Shown here piece by piece: positions 1-12,505 of a DNA stretch of 64,000 nucleotides. The notes beneath the pieces were generated by a model, which did no database searches, was not told where the DNA came from, and saw nothing but the letters and a program-made list of their open reading frames with translations. Made by a program: the position numbers and the translations under genes. Numbering within the stretch: the stretch's first letter is position 1; every line of letters starts with the position of its first letter. This DNA comes from Octopus sinensis (lineage: Eukaryota): positions 558,001-622,000 of the forward strand of contig NC_043013.1 in assembly GCF_006345805.1 (NCBI RefSeq), in the 5' to 3' direction.

Positions 1-59
1 TGTGTTTTTCATATCTCTTTGTCTTGATATTACATAGTAATTGTAAACTTCACCATCCT

Positions 60-210
60 GCAAGTGGTGTCATTCTCTGCATATCCAGCCACTGTGCTGT
101 TCATGCTCGGAACCCTGTGAAGATGGGTGAGATAGGAAAAGCAACCAGCTATAGATCTGCTTCAACAAATTTCAATTGACACATGTAAGCATGGACAAAT
201 GGATGTTAAA
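60..210 (+). mobile_element. Old SINE fragment (A2 type, shares the catgcaagcatgga..gttaaa 3' end)
   Basis: Similar to the copies at 8235-8340, 15070-15305 and 38490-38690. Confidence 0.5.
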
Positions 211-1195
211 ACAATTATGTATGTGTGATTTAGCAGAATTGTTAATATGGATAAAATGCACAATGGTATTATATCTAAGTTTGAATCTTTTCAGTTCTTC
301 ATTACCATTATACGCAAAGGTAAAAAAGTAAGATTTGTATTTTTTCTATTTTATATAGCTTTCTCTATTTTGTGAATATATAGCTCTATTTATAACAATG
401 AACCATTACTAGTGTATGTAATAATGTGTTTGGTCTCTTGACAGGATTGTGGAGGTGCAAAAATATGATTGTCAGATATAATACGGCAGATTTTTCTATG
501 GTTAGCTATTCAGTTCAAACTAGATTCTTGAAATATCTGTAAGTAATTTCTGTAATAAGGGTGTTTTACTTTTAGAACAGAAAAGAAAAATGGTCTTAGA
601 AATTAAGGATAACTTTTTTGTTTTTTGGTCACATTATTGTATGTTGTTACACTATTTACTTTCATAATTTATTATATAATCTGTCATAGGTTCATTTATT
701 AAAGTATTAAAGAAAAAGCTTGCCGAAGAGGAGATACTTCAATGAAGTACAAATTGTTGAAGTTTTACAAGAAATTTAGAAAAACAGTTTCAACCTTGTA
801 ATACTGACCTGTGCTCTGAGAATTTCCATTTTCAAGTGTTTGTACCTAAATTTAAATCTTGTTCAAAATCTCATTAAAACTTGATTTCATGAGATTTCAG
901 TTGGTAAACACTATTGTTATCCATGAATGCATGAAGTCAAAGATAGTTTATTAAGCTCCTAAGTTTTGATTACATTAAAAAATTAATTGAAACAAATGGT
1001 GTATTCATCAGAAGTCTATTATGTTCATGCATCTATCAAGAAAAAATATGAAAATCATTTTGTTTTGTTTTTGAAATCCAATTTAAAACAAATGATGATT
1101 GTGAAGATAATTATTATTTGCCTTCATTGAGAGAAGAACAATGATGAGAAATGTTTCAATTCAGAATGAAGTCATGGAATATAATAGCTAACAAT

Positions 1196-1650
1196 ATCAC
1201 CTTTTAGTGCCTTGCTTTCATGCTGGTGTGGGTTGGACAGCTTGACTGAAGCTAGTCAGTTAAGGACTACCAAACTACTTTCTGCTTTGGAATGGTTTCT
1301 ATGGTAAGGTACCCATCCTAATGCCAACCACTCCACAAAGTGTACTGGGTACTTTTTATGTGGCACCATCACCAGGGAGGTTACCAAGTAACTTGCAGGA
1401 CAAACACCCATCGACTGAGAGGAAATAAGTTAGAGGAGGAGAGATGATGTTGTCAGGGGCACACCTTCAAGTTACAGGGAGGGGTACTTAAAGGAAGTGG
1501 TACAGAGGCTTGGCTAGGATGAGGGGGCAGGCGTGTGAAAGAGTAGATGGTAGAGTGGGCAAGGCAGTTAGTGAACATGGGTGGAAGGAGGGAGGGATGT
1601 TACGAAGCGGAGTTGGGGGAAGAGAGGCATAGACATGAATGGTGTCCCTT
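1196..1650 (-). mobile_element. Family A (GAT)n-tailed SINE-like element with a pyrimidine-rich 5' extension (A3 variant)
   Basis: Core cctaatgccaaccactc..gtgctttttatgtggcacc followed by a G/A-rich + strand. The same junction occurs at ~5350 and ~56160. Confidence 0.7.
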
Positions 1651-2002
1651 TTGGGGCTTCATTTTTACTTAGAAGGATAAATCTTCTCAAACACAACAAA
1701 TCGTTAAATATCTTGGTCCTTTGTCATTTGGAAAATTATTTGTCATTTTGACTTTTTTTAGGTTTATTATAATCCTGAATCTCAATCCTGGACCACAATC
1801 AATAAAGACAAAAAAAGAAATAACCTGCATAGTTACAGCTGAAACTAGTAACAGTTAATTATTTTTAGAATAAACTCTGGAATCTGAGGAAATTGGTGAT
1901 GGTCTGCATTGGCAACAATTCATCTGTAGAATTCAATAAATTCAATAGTCATGGAGTAAAGAATCTAACATGATGATTCTCACTGCGGAATTTTAAAAAT
2001 AT

Positions 2003-2428
2003 AAAATCAAAATCAAAATCGCTGACGTGGCTAATGACAGTACCGCCTGACTGGCTCCTGTGCCAGTGGCACCTAAAAAGCACCATTCAAGCGTGATTGT
2101 TGCCAGCATCTCCTTACTGGCACGTGAAAAACAGCATTCAAGTGTGGTTGTTGCCAGTGCCGCCAGACTGGCTCCCGTGCAGGTGGCATGTTAAAAGCAC
2201 CATTTGAGCATGTTCGTTGCCAGTACTGCCTGACTGGCCCTTGTGCCAGTGGCACATAAAAGCACCCTCTACACTCTCGGAGTGGTTGGCATTAGGAAGG
2301 GCTTTCAGCTGTGGAAACTGTCAAATTAGATTGGAGCCTGGTGCAGCCTTCTGGCTCGCCAGTCCCCAGTCAAACTGTCCAACCCATGCCAGCATGGAAA
2401 GCAGACATTAAACAACGATGATGATGAT
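2003..2428 (+). mobile_element. Family A SINE-like element with ~4 degenerate 60-bp VNTR units, a conserved 3' core and a (GAT)n tail
   Basis: aaaatc lead, repeated aaaagcaccatt..gccagt..actggc..gtggcac units, core gttggcattaggaagg...catggaaagcagacattaaa. Confidence 0.85.
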
Positions 2429-3292
2429 AAGGCTTTAGAAAATCCATATTAATTCTTCAACACCTTGAAACCAATGTTATTTATAATTTCTTCTTAAACT
2501 CATACCAAAAGAAACACTGGTGCTTGACCCAGTCATCTGACCTCTTGGATCCTCTCAAACCGTCTAACCCATGCCAGCATGGAATATGGGCACTAAATGA
2601 TATTTTTTTTCCCCCCCATTATTTTTCACACCTTTTATGTGAAGTGTGTTAGTAATTTTTTGATTGATCTCCAGTTTGCCACAAAATTAGTGAAACCTTG
2701 AGCTTAATGTTTCGGTTCCTTGTTTGGCTGACAAAGAAAGTGGAAATGGTGTTGTCCTTTTAGTTGTAGGAGAGTAATTAATTTTGAGTCCTTTTTCCAA
2801 AAAAGTACTTTATTTCTGTAATGCCCAATTTGTAATTTTAAGGTACTTTATTTCCTGCCACACTATCTTGTGTCCCATGCAAGTTGTGGATTTGTTCCAT
2901 TTTGAACGATAATGATTGTTACTGTTTTGGGCTGAAAGTAAACCTCAGTTATGATAACCAAGGTTTTGAGCAATAACTGTGTGCATGTTTTATTGCTAGG
3001 TAGATGTAAAAATGAAAGAATCTTGGTTGTGGTGTTACAGTTTATGGTGTTGGCCTGTTTAAATTATTGCTGTATAGCCTCTGGGCTAAGCATGACCACT
3101 GATCAAAGCTAGTCTTGCCATTACTCTCCTATCTCCTAATTTGACTACAAAATTTCCCATGTCCCTACCTTTTTTCATTTTCTTTTTTATTTTAACTTGA
3201 TCATTTTGAACGTTGGGCCTCACAGACGCAGTGACCAAGACCTTTGGCATTGTTGTGCTTGAGAAGAGCCATGAAGCCAAGTAAAATCACAG

Positions 3293-3610
3293 TTGTGGCT
3301 GGTGCTGGTGTCATGCAAATGGCACCCGTGCTGGTGGCACATAAAAGCACCCATTACACTCTGAGTGGTTGGCATTAGGAAAGGCATCCAGCTGTAGAAA
3401 CCATGCTAAATCAGATTGGAGCCTGGTGCAGCCTTCCAGCTTGCCATCCCTGGTCAAACTGTCCAACCAATGACTAAGGGTCGCTTGTCGGCGCCTGCAA
3501 AGGTGCTTGAAATGCACCGCGCACTTCGCACCAGATAATGAACCACCGCTCGGCAACGGCCCGATCCCTTCTCCATCGAATGAGCGACAACGGATACTAA
3601 ATGATGATGA
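3293..3610 (+). mobile_element. Family A element interrupted by a foreign GC-rich insert (~3475-3588)
   Basis: The core matches the other copies up to gtccaacc and resumes at aacggatactaaatgatgatga. Confidence 0.8.
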
Positions 3611-3887
3611 TTGAGATTTGATTGCTATTTCTTGCAGATTGAGTCACCATGTAGAGGCTCCAAATGGCTTGGCCTAATTAGATTTGAAATAATATTTTAG
3701 CAAAAATATTGATAAGAAAAAACTTACTACAGCAACATATATTCAGATCTGACATCATAGCTGACAGTTTTCACCTCATGTTACAGGAAACGTAATATGG
3801 TGTGGACATCTTGTTACATCACATCTGATATAGGAGATTTTTTTACAAAACCTGACCACAACAAAGCACCAGTTAAATGAGAACACC

Positions 3888-4112
3888 TTAACCTTTAACA
3901 TTCAGGTTTCTTTGTCAAGTGTAATCTGTATTTATTTCCTTTGTTCTGAATCAGTCATGCATTATCTTGTAGTTTCAAGATTTCAATGGTGCTTTTGTAT
4001 ATTTTTAGAATGACATTGTAGGGTAGGTGTGATAGATTGGATCTGGTCAATTTTAGCATAAAACGGGATATTAAATGGGCTGGATATGCTGGATTAAATG
4101 CTAAAGGGTTAA
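3888..4112. mobile_element. TTAA-flanked piggyBac-type MITE (family P2)
   Basis: TTAA at 3888-3891 and 4109-4112. Termini CCTTTAACATT / AATGCTAAAGGG. Diverged sister copy at 12320-12505. Confidence 0.75.
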
Positions 4113-4129
4113 AGAATACCTCTTTTAGC

Positions 4130-4325
4130 CAATGTAGGAGTCAGCCTATATATGGTTGCCTGACCTGCTAGACATAGCAGCCAAATCACACCTCATTGTT
4201 TTAAAAAAAAACATTAAAAAAATAATCACCGATGGACCAAAATACTGAATAGTGATAGTCATGGCTGGAATATTTTCAATCATCTGTCTGCTTGATCACA
4301 GCTGACCTAGAGCTAAACAGTAGTA
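4130..4325 (+). mobile_element. SINE-like repeat family F (gtggttgcctgacctgctagaaatagcagccaaatc...)
   Basis: Related copies at about 7165-7300 (-), 9930-10120, 10470-10640, 25690-25815, 26755-26830 (-), 45090-45150 (-) and 58050-58175. Confidence 0.6.
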
Positions 4326-4477
4326 TACCATTTCCTCAAAGAGAAAAAAAAGCTGTTCTATATGTCTGTTTTGCTAATGACCAGTGTGACACATGAGAAG
4401 CATTTGCTTAGAAAGTTCTCTGAATCTTTTGTAAAATTCCATAACTTAATGTTCCTGTTGAGTGTATTATTTAGTAT

Positions 4478-4691
4478 GGTAAGGCGGTGAGTTGGTAGAA
4501 TTTTTAGCATGCCAGACAAAATGCTTTGAGGCATTTTGTCTGTTTTTGCATTCGGTGTTCAGATTCCACTGAGGTTGACTGCTTTCCATCCATTTGGGGT
4601 CAGTAAGTACCAGTTGAATACTGGGGGTTATGTAAGTGATTTTCCTTTCCATCAAAATTTGCTGGCCTTGTTCCAAAATTTGAAATCACTA
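4478..4691 (+). mobile_element. tRNA-headed SINE, family D
   Basis: aggcggtgag..gttcagattcc head, shared taagtaccag core, 12/13 TSD tattattt(a/g)gtat at 4465-4477 and 4692-4704. Confidence 0.85.
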
Positions 4692-5224
4692 TATTATTTG
4701 GTATTGCAATCAAGGTGTTTAACTTTAATACAGCAATTAACCTTGACAGTTCAGATTTAGTTTCATTAATTACTTACAGGAATCATTAAATATGTACATT
4801 TTTTACATTGATAGAGAAAATTTTTTTCCACTCCTATAATTTTTGCTACTAAAAGCTTCAGATAACTCTGACACCATTTTGATTACAAATCAATATCCTA
4901 CCACCATACTTCCTAATTTGTCATTCATAGAGATACATTTCCATGTATCTCAATGTCTCTCAGCCCAAGATGTATTTCAAGTTGTTGACAGCTTTGCTAA
5001 GACTTATGGAAGATAAATCTGTGATATCATCTGTTTTCTCTCTCTTCCAGGAACCATGAAAATATTATTTATTAATCATTTCATGTTATTATGAAACAAG
5101 ATATTCCAGTGGTAGTTTTCAATTACTAAAGCTATTAAATAATGAACTTGTAATAATATTTATTATGAAGGAGATAATGGCAATATATTGTTATATGAAT
5201 ATATGGTGGAACTTAGTTATTCAA

Positions 5225-5960
5225 ATCATCATCATCATTTAGTGTCTGCTTTTCCATGCTGGCATGAGTTGGTTGGTTTGACACTTAGTTGGCAAACCAG
5301 AGGACTAGTCCAACTATTCCACAGTGTGTACAGGGTGCTAATTATGCGGCACCAGTGAGGTTACCAAGTAACTTGCAAGTCAAGACCCCACTCCCCAATT
5401 GAGAGGGGGGTATTGAGGGAGGTGGCTTTGTGCCAGATGATGAGATGTTAAAGTATGGGTGAGGGACAGAAGCAAGTGTGTTGCTGTAGAAGAGGAGATG
5501 CCAGACTCATTTGGAAAAGGGGAGGAGAGATATGGCGAAGATATTCTTGGTGCACAGAATTACATTGAGGGAACAGATTGCTATGGATAGGACAGCCTGG
5601 AGGACTGGTATCTGTAATGGAGCCAGCTCCTTCGAGCACAACAGACAACAGAATGTGGAGGTAAAATGCAGAAGAAAAGAGCATCTTCAATATCCTTGAC
5701 CTGCATCAACCATCCTGTGCAAGTTCTGTCCACAATTCTTTCACCATTGACTTGGACTCCAAAGTCACTTTTGACACAAACAGCTGCTGAGGAGACTGGA
5801 TAGAAACTGACGGACCCATGTTCGGATACGAGCTGGAGACAAGATATAAGTGCTACAGAGGATTGGATTGGCTGAGTGGGTGGATAAGTTTGTGAAAGGA
5901 GGATGGCAGATGGTGGGGAGGGGGTGGTTTAGGAAGATGAGATGTGGGAGAGATAGTTTT
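5225..5960 (-). mobile_element. Family A3 element, apparently interrupted by an RTE LINE fragment
   Basis: catcatcat tail on the + strand, core, and G/A-rich extension on both sides of 5560-5810. Confidence 0.6.
5560..5810 (+). pseudogene. 3' fragment of an RTE-clade LINE ORF (C-terminus with a C2H2-like finger)
   Basis: One frame reads TLREQIAMDRTAWRTGICNGASSFEHNRQQNVEVKCRRKE..LCKFCPQFFHH*LGLQSHF*H. This resembles the RTE C-terminal motifs (A.DR..WR..G...FE..R and CxxC..F..RIGL.SH.R.H). Confidence 0.7.
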
Positions 5961-6091
5961 TATCATTTAAAAAAATAATTTTTAACATTTAGGTTTGAAA
6001 GTTTAGAATTTCACATATTACAACACACAGCATATTCACCAAAAAATGATCCATTTCATTGTTATATTTTCAGCATTAAATATTTAAAATC

Positions 6092-6451
6092 TAAAAAGCA
6101 TCATTCAACCATGGCCAATGCCAGTGCCACCTGACTGGCACCTGTACCGGTTGCACGTAAAAGTACCATTTGGGTGTGGCTGATGCCAGTGCCACCTGGC
6201 TAGCTCCCATGCAGGTGGTATGTAAAAAGCACCATTTGAGCATGGTCAATGCAAGTGCTGCTTGACGGCTCCCATGCCGGTGGCACGTAAAAGCACCCAC
6301 TACACTCTCAGAGTGGTTGGAAGGGCATCTAGCTGTAGAAACCTTGCCAAATTAGATTGAAGCCTGGTGCAGCCTCCCGGCTTGCCAGTCCTCAGTCAAC
6401 CCATCCAATCCATACCAGCATGGAAAGCAGGCATTAAACAATGATGATGAT
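6092..6451 (+). mobile_element. Family A element with 3 VNTR units
   Basis: Unit, core and tail structure as at 2003-2428. Confidence 0.85.
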
Positions 6452-6626
6452 GTTTCTCCATTCTGTGTTGCATGTGTTGGTTTAGGAGACTGATTCTTTG
6501 AAAGGACCGAGTTTTACATCCATTCCAAGAGAAATTGATTACTGGCCATGCTGGAATATATCCAAAACCATAATAGTTTATACCAACTGAAGAATTCTCA
6601 CATCCTTGTTTTTCTTTTTTTTTCAG

Positions 6627-6664
6627 ATTTATTCAAAGACAAAAGTATTATCAAGGACAAAGAT
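6627..6664 (+). CDS. Spire: Spire exon (38-nt micro-exon, phase 1/0), (x)LFKDKSIIKDKD, inside the KIND domain
   Basis: Strong acceptor tttttttttcag, donor gtaagt. Joins in frame to IIQVLG, and occupies the position of the short exon before VIESLG in vertebrate SPIRE1 (from memory). Confidence 0.75.
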
Positions 6665-8096
6665 GTAAGTTGTTTTTTTATATATATTTTTTATTTACAA
6701 AAGTCATATTTGTTGTGGAGTTGTTTTTTGTGTAGAATTTTTAGCTTTAAATACTGGAAATGTTTTTATCATTCAAAGACAGGACAAACCTTTAAGTTAT
6801 TTTTGATCTCCTTGTCTCATTTTTGAATTCTACTCTACAAAGTCTAAAACTTTAACTTGCCATAATTTTTTTCTTTTTTTTTAAATTTGGAAAAAGGCTC
6901 AGTTTCGTAAAGGAGTGATGCATTGACTCAGTTTCCCCTGTCTAGTACTGGGTCAAATAAATTATTTCTTGTATTTATTTTTATTGATCTTGGTGAGTTT
7001 ATCTTTAGATGAAACTAAACAGAATAGAGTATTAGTATTCTGTTCCACCATTTCTGTCAAATTGCCACTTGTTACTGTTCTTTAGAAGAGATCTATGGCT
7101 ATTGCTTTGATTTTTATCTATTTCAGTGGCTTGCAAAATTGTTTAGTTGTGAGTTAATCCTGATTGAATAGCTTTGTTAAAGGCATTCCAGCTATGACCA
7201 TCCTGTCTTTTTGTAATATCTGGAACTACATTATCTGTGGTGCCCTTTCCTTAAGATGTTAGAGTATCATCTGAGAGAATTTAGCTGCTATTTTTAGCAA
7301 GTTGAGTTATCAAGTAGAGATTCTCTTGTTAGCTCAGCTTGTAAAATTCTTGTTGATTCAGATGAACAGATTGATTTGAAATAGTCAATTAGTATTTTGA
7401 ATTCCAAGATTACTTCTACAAAGAACTGTTTACATTTCTACACACCAAATAGTTTTGCTTTAGTTTGTAATAATGTCAGAACAAAGTGTTTCTACTGAAG
7501 TGGACGGCCTGGTTGTCTTCTTTCTAAAAGCATTCTTAATGTTTCCTTTATTTGCGTTTCAGTATAACTGTTGGTTTGTCATTAAGTCTGAGAAGTATGC
7601 ATTGTTATCATTTATTTTTCTATTAGAAAGTATTGTTGAATAAAGCTATGATCTCCCTGTTCTCATGGTTCTACTTCATTGAAGTTATGTTCTCTTATCC
7701 TATCATTAGAGACAGTTAAAAGACCAGAAAGTCTTTGCCAATATAATTATACGTTTCTCTTTTAGAGAGAATTTAGTGAAATTTTGTTTTCCTGGAGACA
7801 AATTGTACTTTCCAGTGTACAAGTTGTAGAATTTGTAAGCATGGAGAGTAAACATTCAAACATCATCAAAATCTTTCCAAATCCTGCTGCATTTCACATG
7901 GAATTTTTGGTCTACTAAAATTGTTTTGGCATAAGTCAACCCCTCTTTTTATTTATTTTTTTGTTGTTTTTTCTGTAAATTTTGGTTTGGAAAATTTGAG
8001 TTGTAGGCCAGAGAATATGGTATTAAATCTCTTTAAGAATTAATGTCTCCAAGGAAACTAATTGCGATGTTTATCTTCTTTCATAAGCATATATTT

Positions 8097-8340
8097 ATCA
8101 TCATTTAACATTCTTTTTTCCCTGCTGCCATGGGTTGGATGGTTCAACGTGAACAGATGCACTGGAGGGTTGCACTGAGCAGCTCCAATCTCTACTTTGG
8201 CATGGTTTCTGCTGTTGGATGCTCTTTTTTATGAGGGTTGGCAACAGGAAGAGCATCCAACCACTGAAAATGTGTTTCAACAAATTCCATTCAATCCATG
8301 CAAGCATGGAAAAGTGGATGCAAAAATGAGAATGAGGTTG
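8097..8340. mobile_element. Back-to-back truncated family A (-) and A2 (+) SINEs
   Basis: Two tails pointing outward, joined by a perfect 13-bp inverted repeat (8214-8226 / 8249-8261). Confidence 0.7.
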
Positions 8341-8631
8341 GTGTACATCACATTCTTCAGTTTCAAAGAATTAGTACCCAATACTTCTTGATGAAGATTA
8401 TAATGAATTTCAACCAATTTCTTTCTGACTTTGAAGCTTTCCAGTTGTCTTTGCTGCAGTGAAATAATGAGTTCTTTTGTCCCAGCATCACTGGTGCTCA
8501 TCAGTTGATACACATCAAACTATTCAAGAAACCTGAAAATATCTGGGTTATTTGATATCCTGTTATCACAAGAAATATCAAGGTGTAACATATTAACCAC
8601 TATGTGATAGCTCAGCTTAGCATATTGTTTA

Positions 8632-8848
8632 TATCTGAGGAAGGGTGCTGAAAAGTTCCTGGGTAACAGAAAATACAGGAGGATCAGTTAATTATGATTT
8701 TCTTCAACATACTCCCTTCTCAGATTCACACATTGCTGCAGTCCTTCAGTTTTTGTAAGCCCTGTAAAAGAACTGATAAGGTTAGGCCCCCTACCAGGCG
8801 TTTTGCGATACCCTTAAAGCCAGGAATCTTTCAGCATCCTCTCATATA
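8632..8848. mobile_element. Tc1/mariner-type MITE
   Basis: Imperfect ~28-bp TIRs (ta..gagg..gtgctgaaaagttcctgg / ccaggaatctttcagcatcctctcata) flanked by TA. Confidence 0.7.
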
Positions 8849-10175
8849 TTCCATCATTCAGTAATATGATCCACATAGGAAGTGGGTGGTTTGTATTAAA
8901 TATTTCTTGCATATCCTCTAAGTTTAAACACAAGAGTTGACAAAATACATATGTTAATAGAATTATGTGTCTTTTCCTTTAAGCAGATATTTGGTGTGAA
9001 TTTCTTTAAAAAATCAAATTTAGTCCAAGCACATTTAAATCCTTGACAGTTGGACCACCTTATCAATATGTATTGTTAGAAAGAATGCATTTGGTTTCCT
9101 GAAAACAGTTGATTGAAATACAATCTGTTTAACAGTTGACAGCAAAATAATATTAGCTTAAATCACCACAGTTAATCAAATATAGCAGATATTAAAATGA
9201 GTTCTTATTAAAAAAAAATGAGACAATATAAACTTTTAAAATGTAAAAACCAATGTGTGTAATGTTTACAGTGTAAAAGCCAGTGTTTTAAGACTAAACA
9301 TAAATGACGTACACAGTTGCGCATAATATGAAATTGTAACACCTTTCCATGATTTGTTTGAACTGTGAATGTCTTCATGCAGTAAGAGCACAATTTTTTT
9401 CCAGTATTGATTAGATTACTACAGATTTTAAACCAGCTTTGATTTGGCCATAAACGAATAGTAATGTAAACTACATCAGTTTTCAGACTAAAAATAAACA
9501 TGCTATATATATCATATACCATTTTAATAGCAAAAAAATTATTTTAATAAAATGTGATAGTAACATTTCTTCAATCTATTTTCCAAATTTCAAATATTTG
9601 CTGTAATTCAATTAATTGTTACTTCTAATAACTTAATTTGAATCAATTTTTTTTTAAAGTAACTGTTTAAAATCTCAGTTCCAAAGATTTGGCAGCAAAC
9701 CCAGTTAGATACTCTCCTTGCTCATGTTTTCAGATTGGATTATTCCAATTTGAAAACAAGACTGGTATGATTGTTTCAACAAGAAATTTACCAAGGTTAA
9801 CAGTAGCAGCAGTAAAGCCCCTTCCCCCAACTCCCAAGAAAAACAACAAAACTTCTCAACAATTTATGCAGAGCAGTGCATATCCCTTTACATATATGCA
9901 TATGCTAATGAGAATTTCTGTACAGTTGCTTAATGTTCTAGAAACAGAAGTCAAACAAACCACTCTCAAATCTCACCATAGCATTTAAAAAAATAGGCAT
10001 CTTGGACAATGTCGTGTTAGACGTACCATTTGCAGAAAAGCTAGGATGGTTGCAGCTGGAACCTTTTTTCACTATAGATCTATTTGATTAGAGCTGACAT
10101 TGGATAAACAGCGCTATGATGATCCCTGATATATATTAACTTTTAAATGTCTCTTTAATATTTATTTCATTTCAG

Positions 10176-10415
10176 ATAATCCAAGTTCTTGGATTGGTAG
10201 TTTTCCAAGCTTTAGATCATGGTTTAGCTGAAACTGAAGAGCACAACTTCAGCACAGAACTGGAGTCCCTCATTGAGTATATGACTACCTCGGATACGGA
10301 TGTTGAAAGTGATGATTCTCATACAGTTGATGATGAAGGAATTGTCAGAGATGGAGATGATGATGGTGGAGAGGAGGATTCTTTGTCTTCATGTAACTTT
10401 GAGACTGTCTTACAG
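10176..10415 (+). CDS. Spire: Spire exon, KIND domain: IIQVLGLVVFQALDHGLAETEEHNFSTELESLIEYMT...CNFETVLQ
   Basis: ttcag acceptor, gtaat donor, 240 nt, phase 0/0. Matches the Spire motif VIESLGIIIYKALDYGL..NEERELSPPLEQLIDHM. Confidence 0.95.
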
Positions 10416-10914
10416 GTAATGCTCTCTTCTCAATTTTTCTTTTCTCCTAATTAGCTGACAGTGTTGGTTGTGAGGCTTCTAAGTGGTTGCTTGACTTGCT
10501 AGAAATAGCAGCTGAGTCTTCTTCATAGTACACCATATAAAAGGACACTTTAAATATGGCAGTCCTATTTTCTCTAAGTGTAAAAGACATGATAGTCATA
10601 AGTGGAACATACTTCAACATTGTCCCACTTGATCAGGAATAGTCTGGAAATATATTGTCCGACAAATTACTGAACAGATTGAGTTGATTTTGTGATAAGA
10701 CCAGTATGTTGTTGTTTTACTATATCTAAATAGAATTGTTATCGTGTTTTAAGTATTAACCTCCCCACCAAATCTCCACTTTGCACATGAGGGTAACTAC
10801 CCAGGACCAGTCTTTACTAAGGAGGTCTTATAAGGCTAAAACTTCCAGAGTTGTTAATCCTTGTGAAATTAAATTGATATCAATCATTGAGTTGTTGATT
10901 CGAGAGATCTTCAT

Positions 10915-11117
10915 CTTACAAGTTACTTGGCAACCCCACTGGTGTTGGTGCTATGTAAAAAGCACTCAGTACACTTTGTATAATGGTTGGCATTAAGCAG
11001 GGAATCCAGCTGTAGAAACCAAAAGAGATAATGGTGCCTGGTGCAGCTCTCAGGCTTGCCAACTCTTCTCAAACCATCCAACCCATGCCAGCATGGAAGA
11101 CAGATGTTAGACGATAA
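10915..11117 (+). mobile_element. Family A element (truncated)
   Basis: Core ggttggcatta..catccagctgtagaaacc..acccatgccagcatgga. Confidence 0.75.
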
Positions 11118-11238
11118 TTGAGTTAATATTTTCTTCCTCATTGCATATCTGCTTTTTAATAAGTTGGGCAGCCTTTGACTTTTTCTCTCCAAAAGGGATT
11201 TTCAGTCCAATATATACATGCTATTATTTCTAGCTTAT

Positions 11239-11452
11239 TCAAGGCCGTGAGCTGGCAGGAATGTTAGCATGCCGGGTGAAATGCTTAGCGGTATTTCATC
11301 TGTCTTTACGTTCTGAGTTCAAATTCCACGAGGTTGACTTTGCCTTTCATCCTTTCAGGGTCAATAAATTAAGTACCAGTTGTGTACTGGGGTCAATATA
11401 ATCGACTGGCCTTACCCCAAAAATGTTGGGTCTTGTGCCTAGAGTAGAAAAG
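11239..11452 (+). mobile_element. tRNA-headed SINE, family D (well preserved)
   Basis: B-box-like gagttcaaattcc. 15/16 TSD att(a/g)tttctagcttat at 11223-11238 and 11453-11468. Confidence 0.9.
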
Positions 11453-12049
11453 ATTGTTTCTAGCTTATGTACTTTGAGAACTAATTCAAAAAAAGGAATT
11501 ATATTTTTTCATTTCATTCTACTTGATATATTGTATTGATAACTACATTAAGTAGAATGATCCTAATTCGATTGATTCTTTGGCAAAAGAAATTTAATCT
11601 TTCAGAACTTTAGTAACAGGAACTGTTTCTGCATTCTTCTAAATAGAATCTCAAAGATTATATTTGGTAACTGGCAAAAAAAACAACAAAAAAACAAAGA
11701 ATCAAATTTGTCATTTTGTGATGCAGCCAAAGGATAGGAAAGCGGTTAAATTGTTTTGCAGTAATTCATGCAGTCCTTCAGCCTGCAAGTTCAGATTTCA
11801 CTGGAGTCAACTCCCCTCCTTTCTTCTAATATTTTTTTTTCCATTTTCCCAAGCATGATGGACTCAGTTCCAGTATATGGATTGCAGGAGTTCGATCCAT
11901 TCTCATTCCTTGTCAACTTCATATTAAATATTGTAGTCTTATTCCTCTTGTTTATGAATATGTAATCTTGTACTCAAATCAAAAATCTTTTCTGATTTTA
12001 GTTTTGTAAACAAAACATGGTTGGGTTTTTAAATCCCTTCCAGATTTGT

Positions 12050-12140
12050 ATATGCACATGTGCACACGTACACACATGCACACACACAAATATACACACA
12101 TGTACACACACAAATATACACACATGTACACACATGTACC
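12050..12140. repeat. CA-rich minisatellite (about 24-bp unit cacacacaaatatacacacatgta)
   Basis: Read directly from the sequence. Confidence 0.8.
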
Positions 12141-12319
12141 TGCATTCTATCTAAAAATTTCTGAGAGTAAAAAGAAGGGGAAACCCCATTCTTCTCTGAA
12201 GTGTGTGGCCAGTCTTAGAGTATTCAATGATTAAAATAGATTTGCTCCCTCAGATTGCCAGAAGCTTTTCCGCTCTAAAGTATTTGCTGTGTCTCTTGAT
12301 TCAGCAGGTTCTTTACTCT

Positions 12320-12505
12320 TTAACCGTTTTGCCTTCAGATTATTCTCTCAAATGTATTTAGTCTTATTTATTCACATTGTTTTGAATTAATCACGCCTTG
12401 TCTTGTAACTTTGAGATTTCAATGATGTGAGTGTTTATTTTTACTATGACATTGTAGTGTAGGTGTGAGAAGCCAGATATGGCCAGTTTGGATGCCGAAG
12501 GTTAA
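12320..12505. mobile_element. TTAA-flanked MITE, family P2, diverged
   Basis: TTAA at both ends. Internal gatttcaatg and atgacattgtag.gtaggtgtga shared with 3888-4112. Confidence 0.65.

Noticed and set aside
445-538. Possible upstream Spire exon (ag...gtaagt)
   Set aside because: The only open frame ends in phase 2, incompatible with the phase-1 exon at 6627, and there is no KIND similarity.
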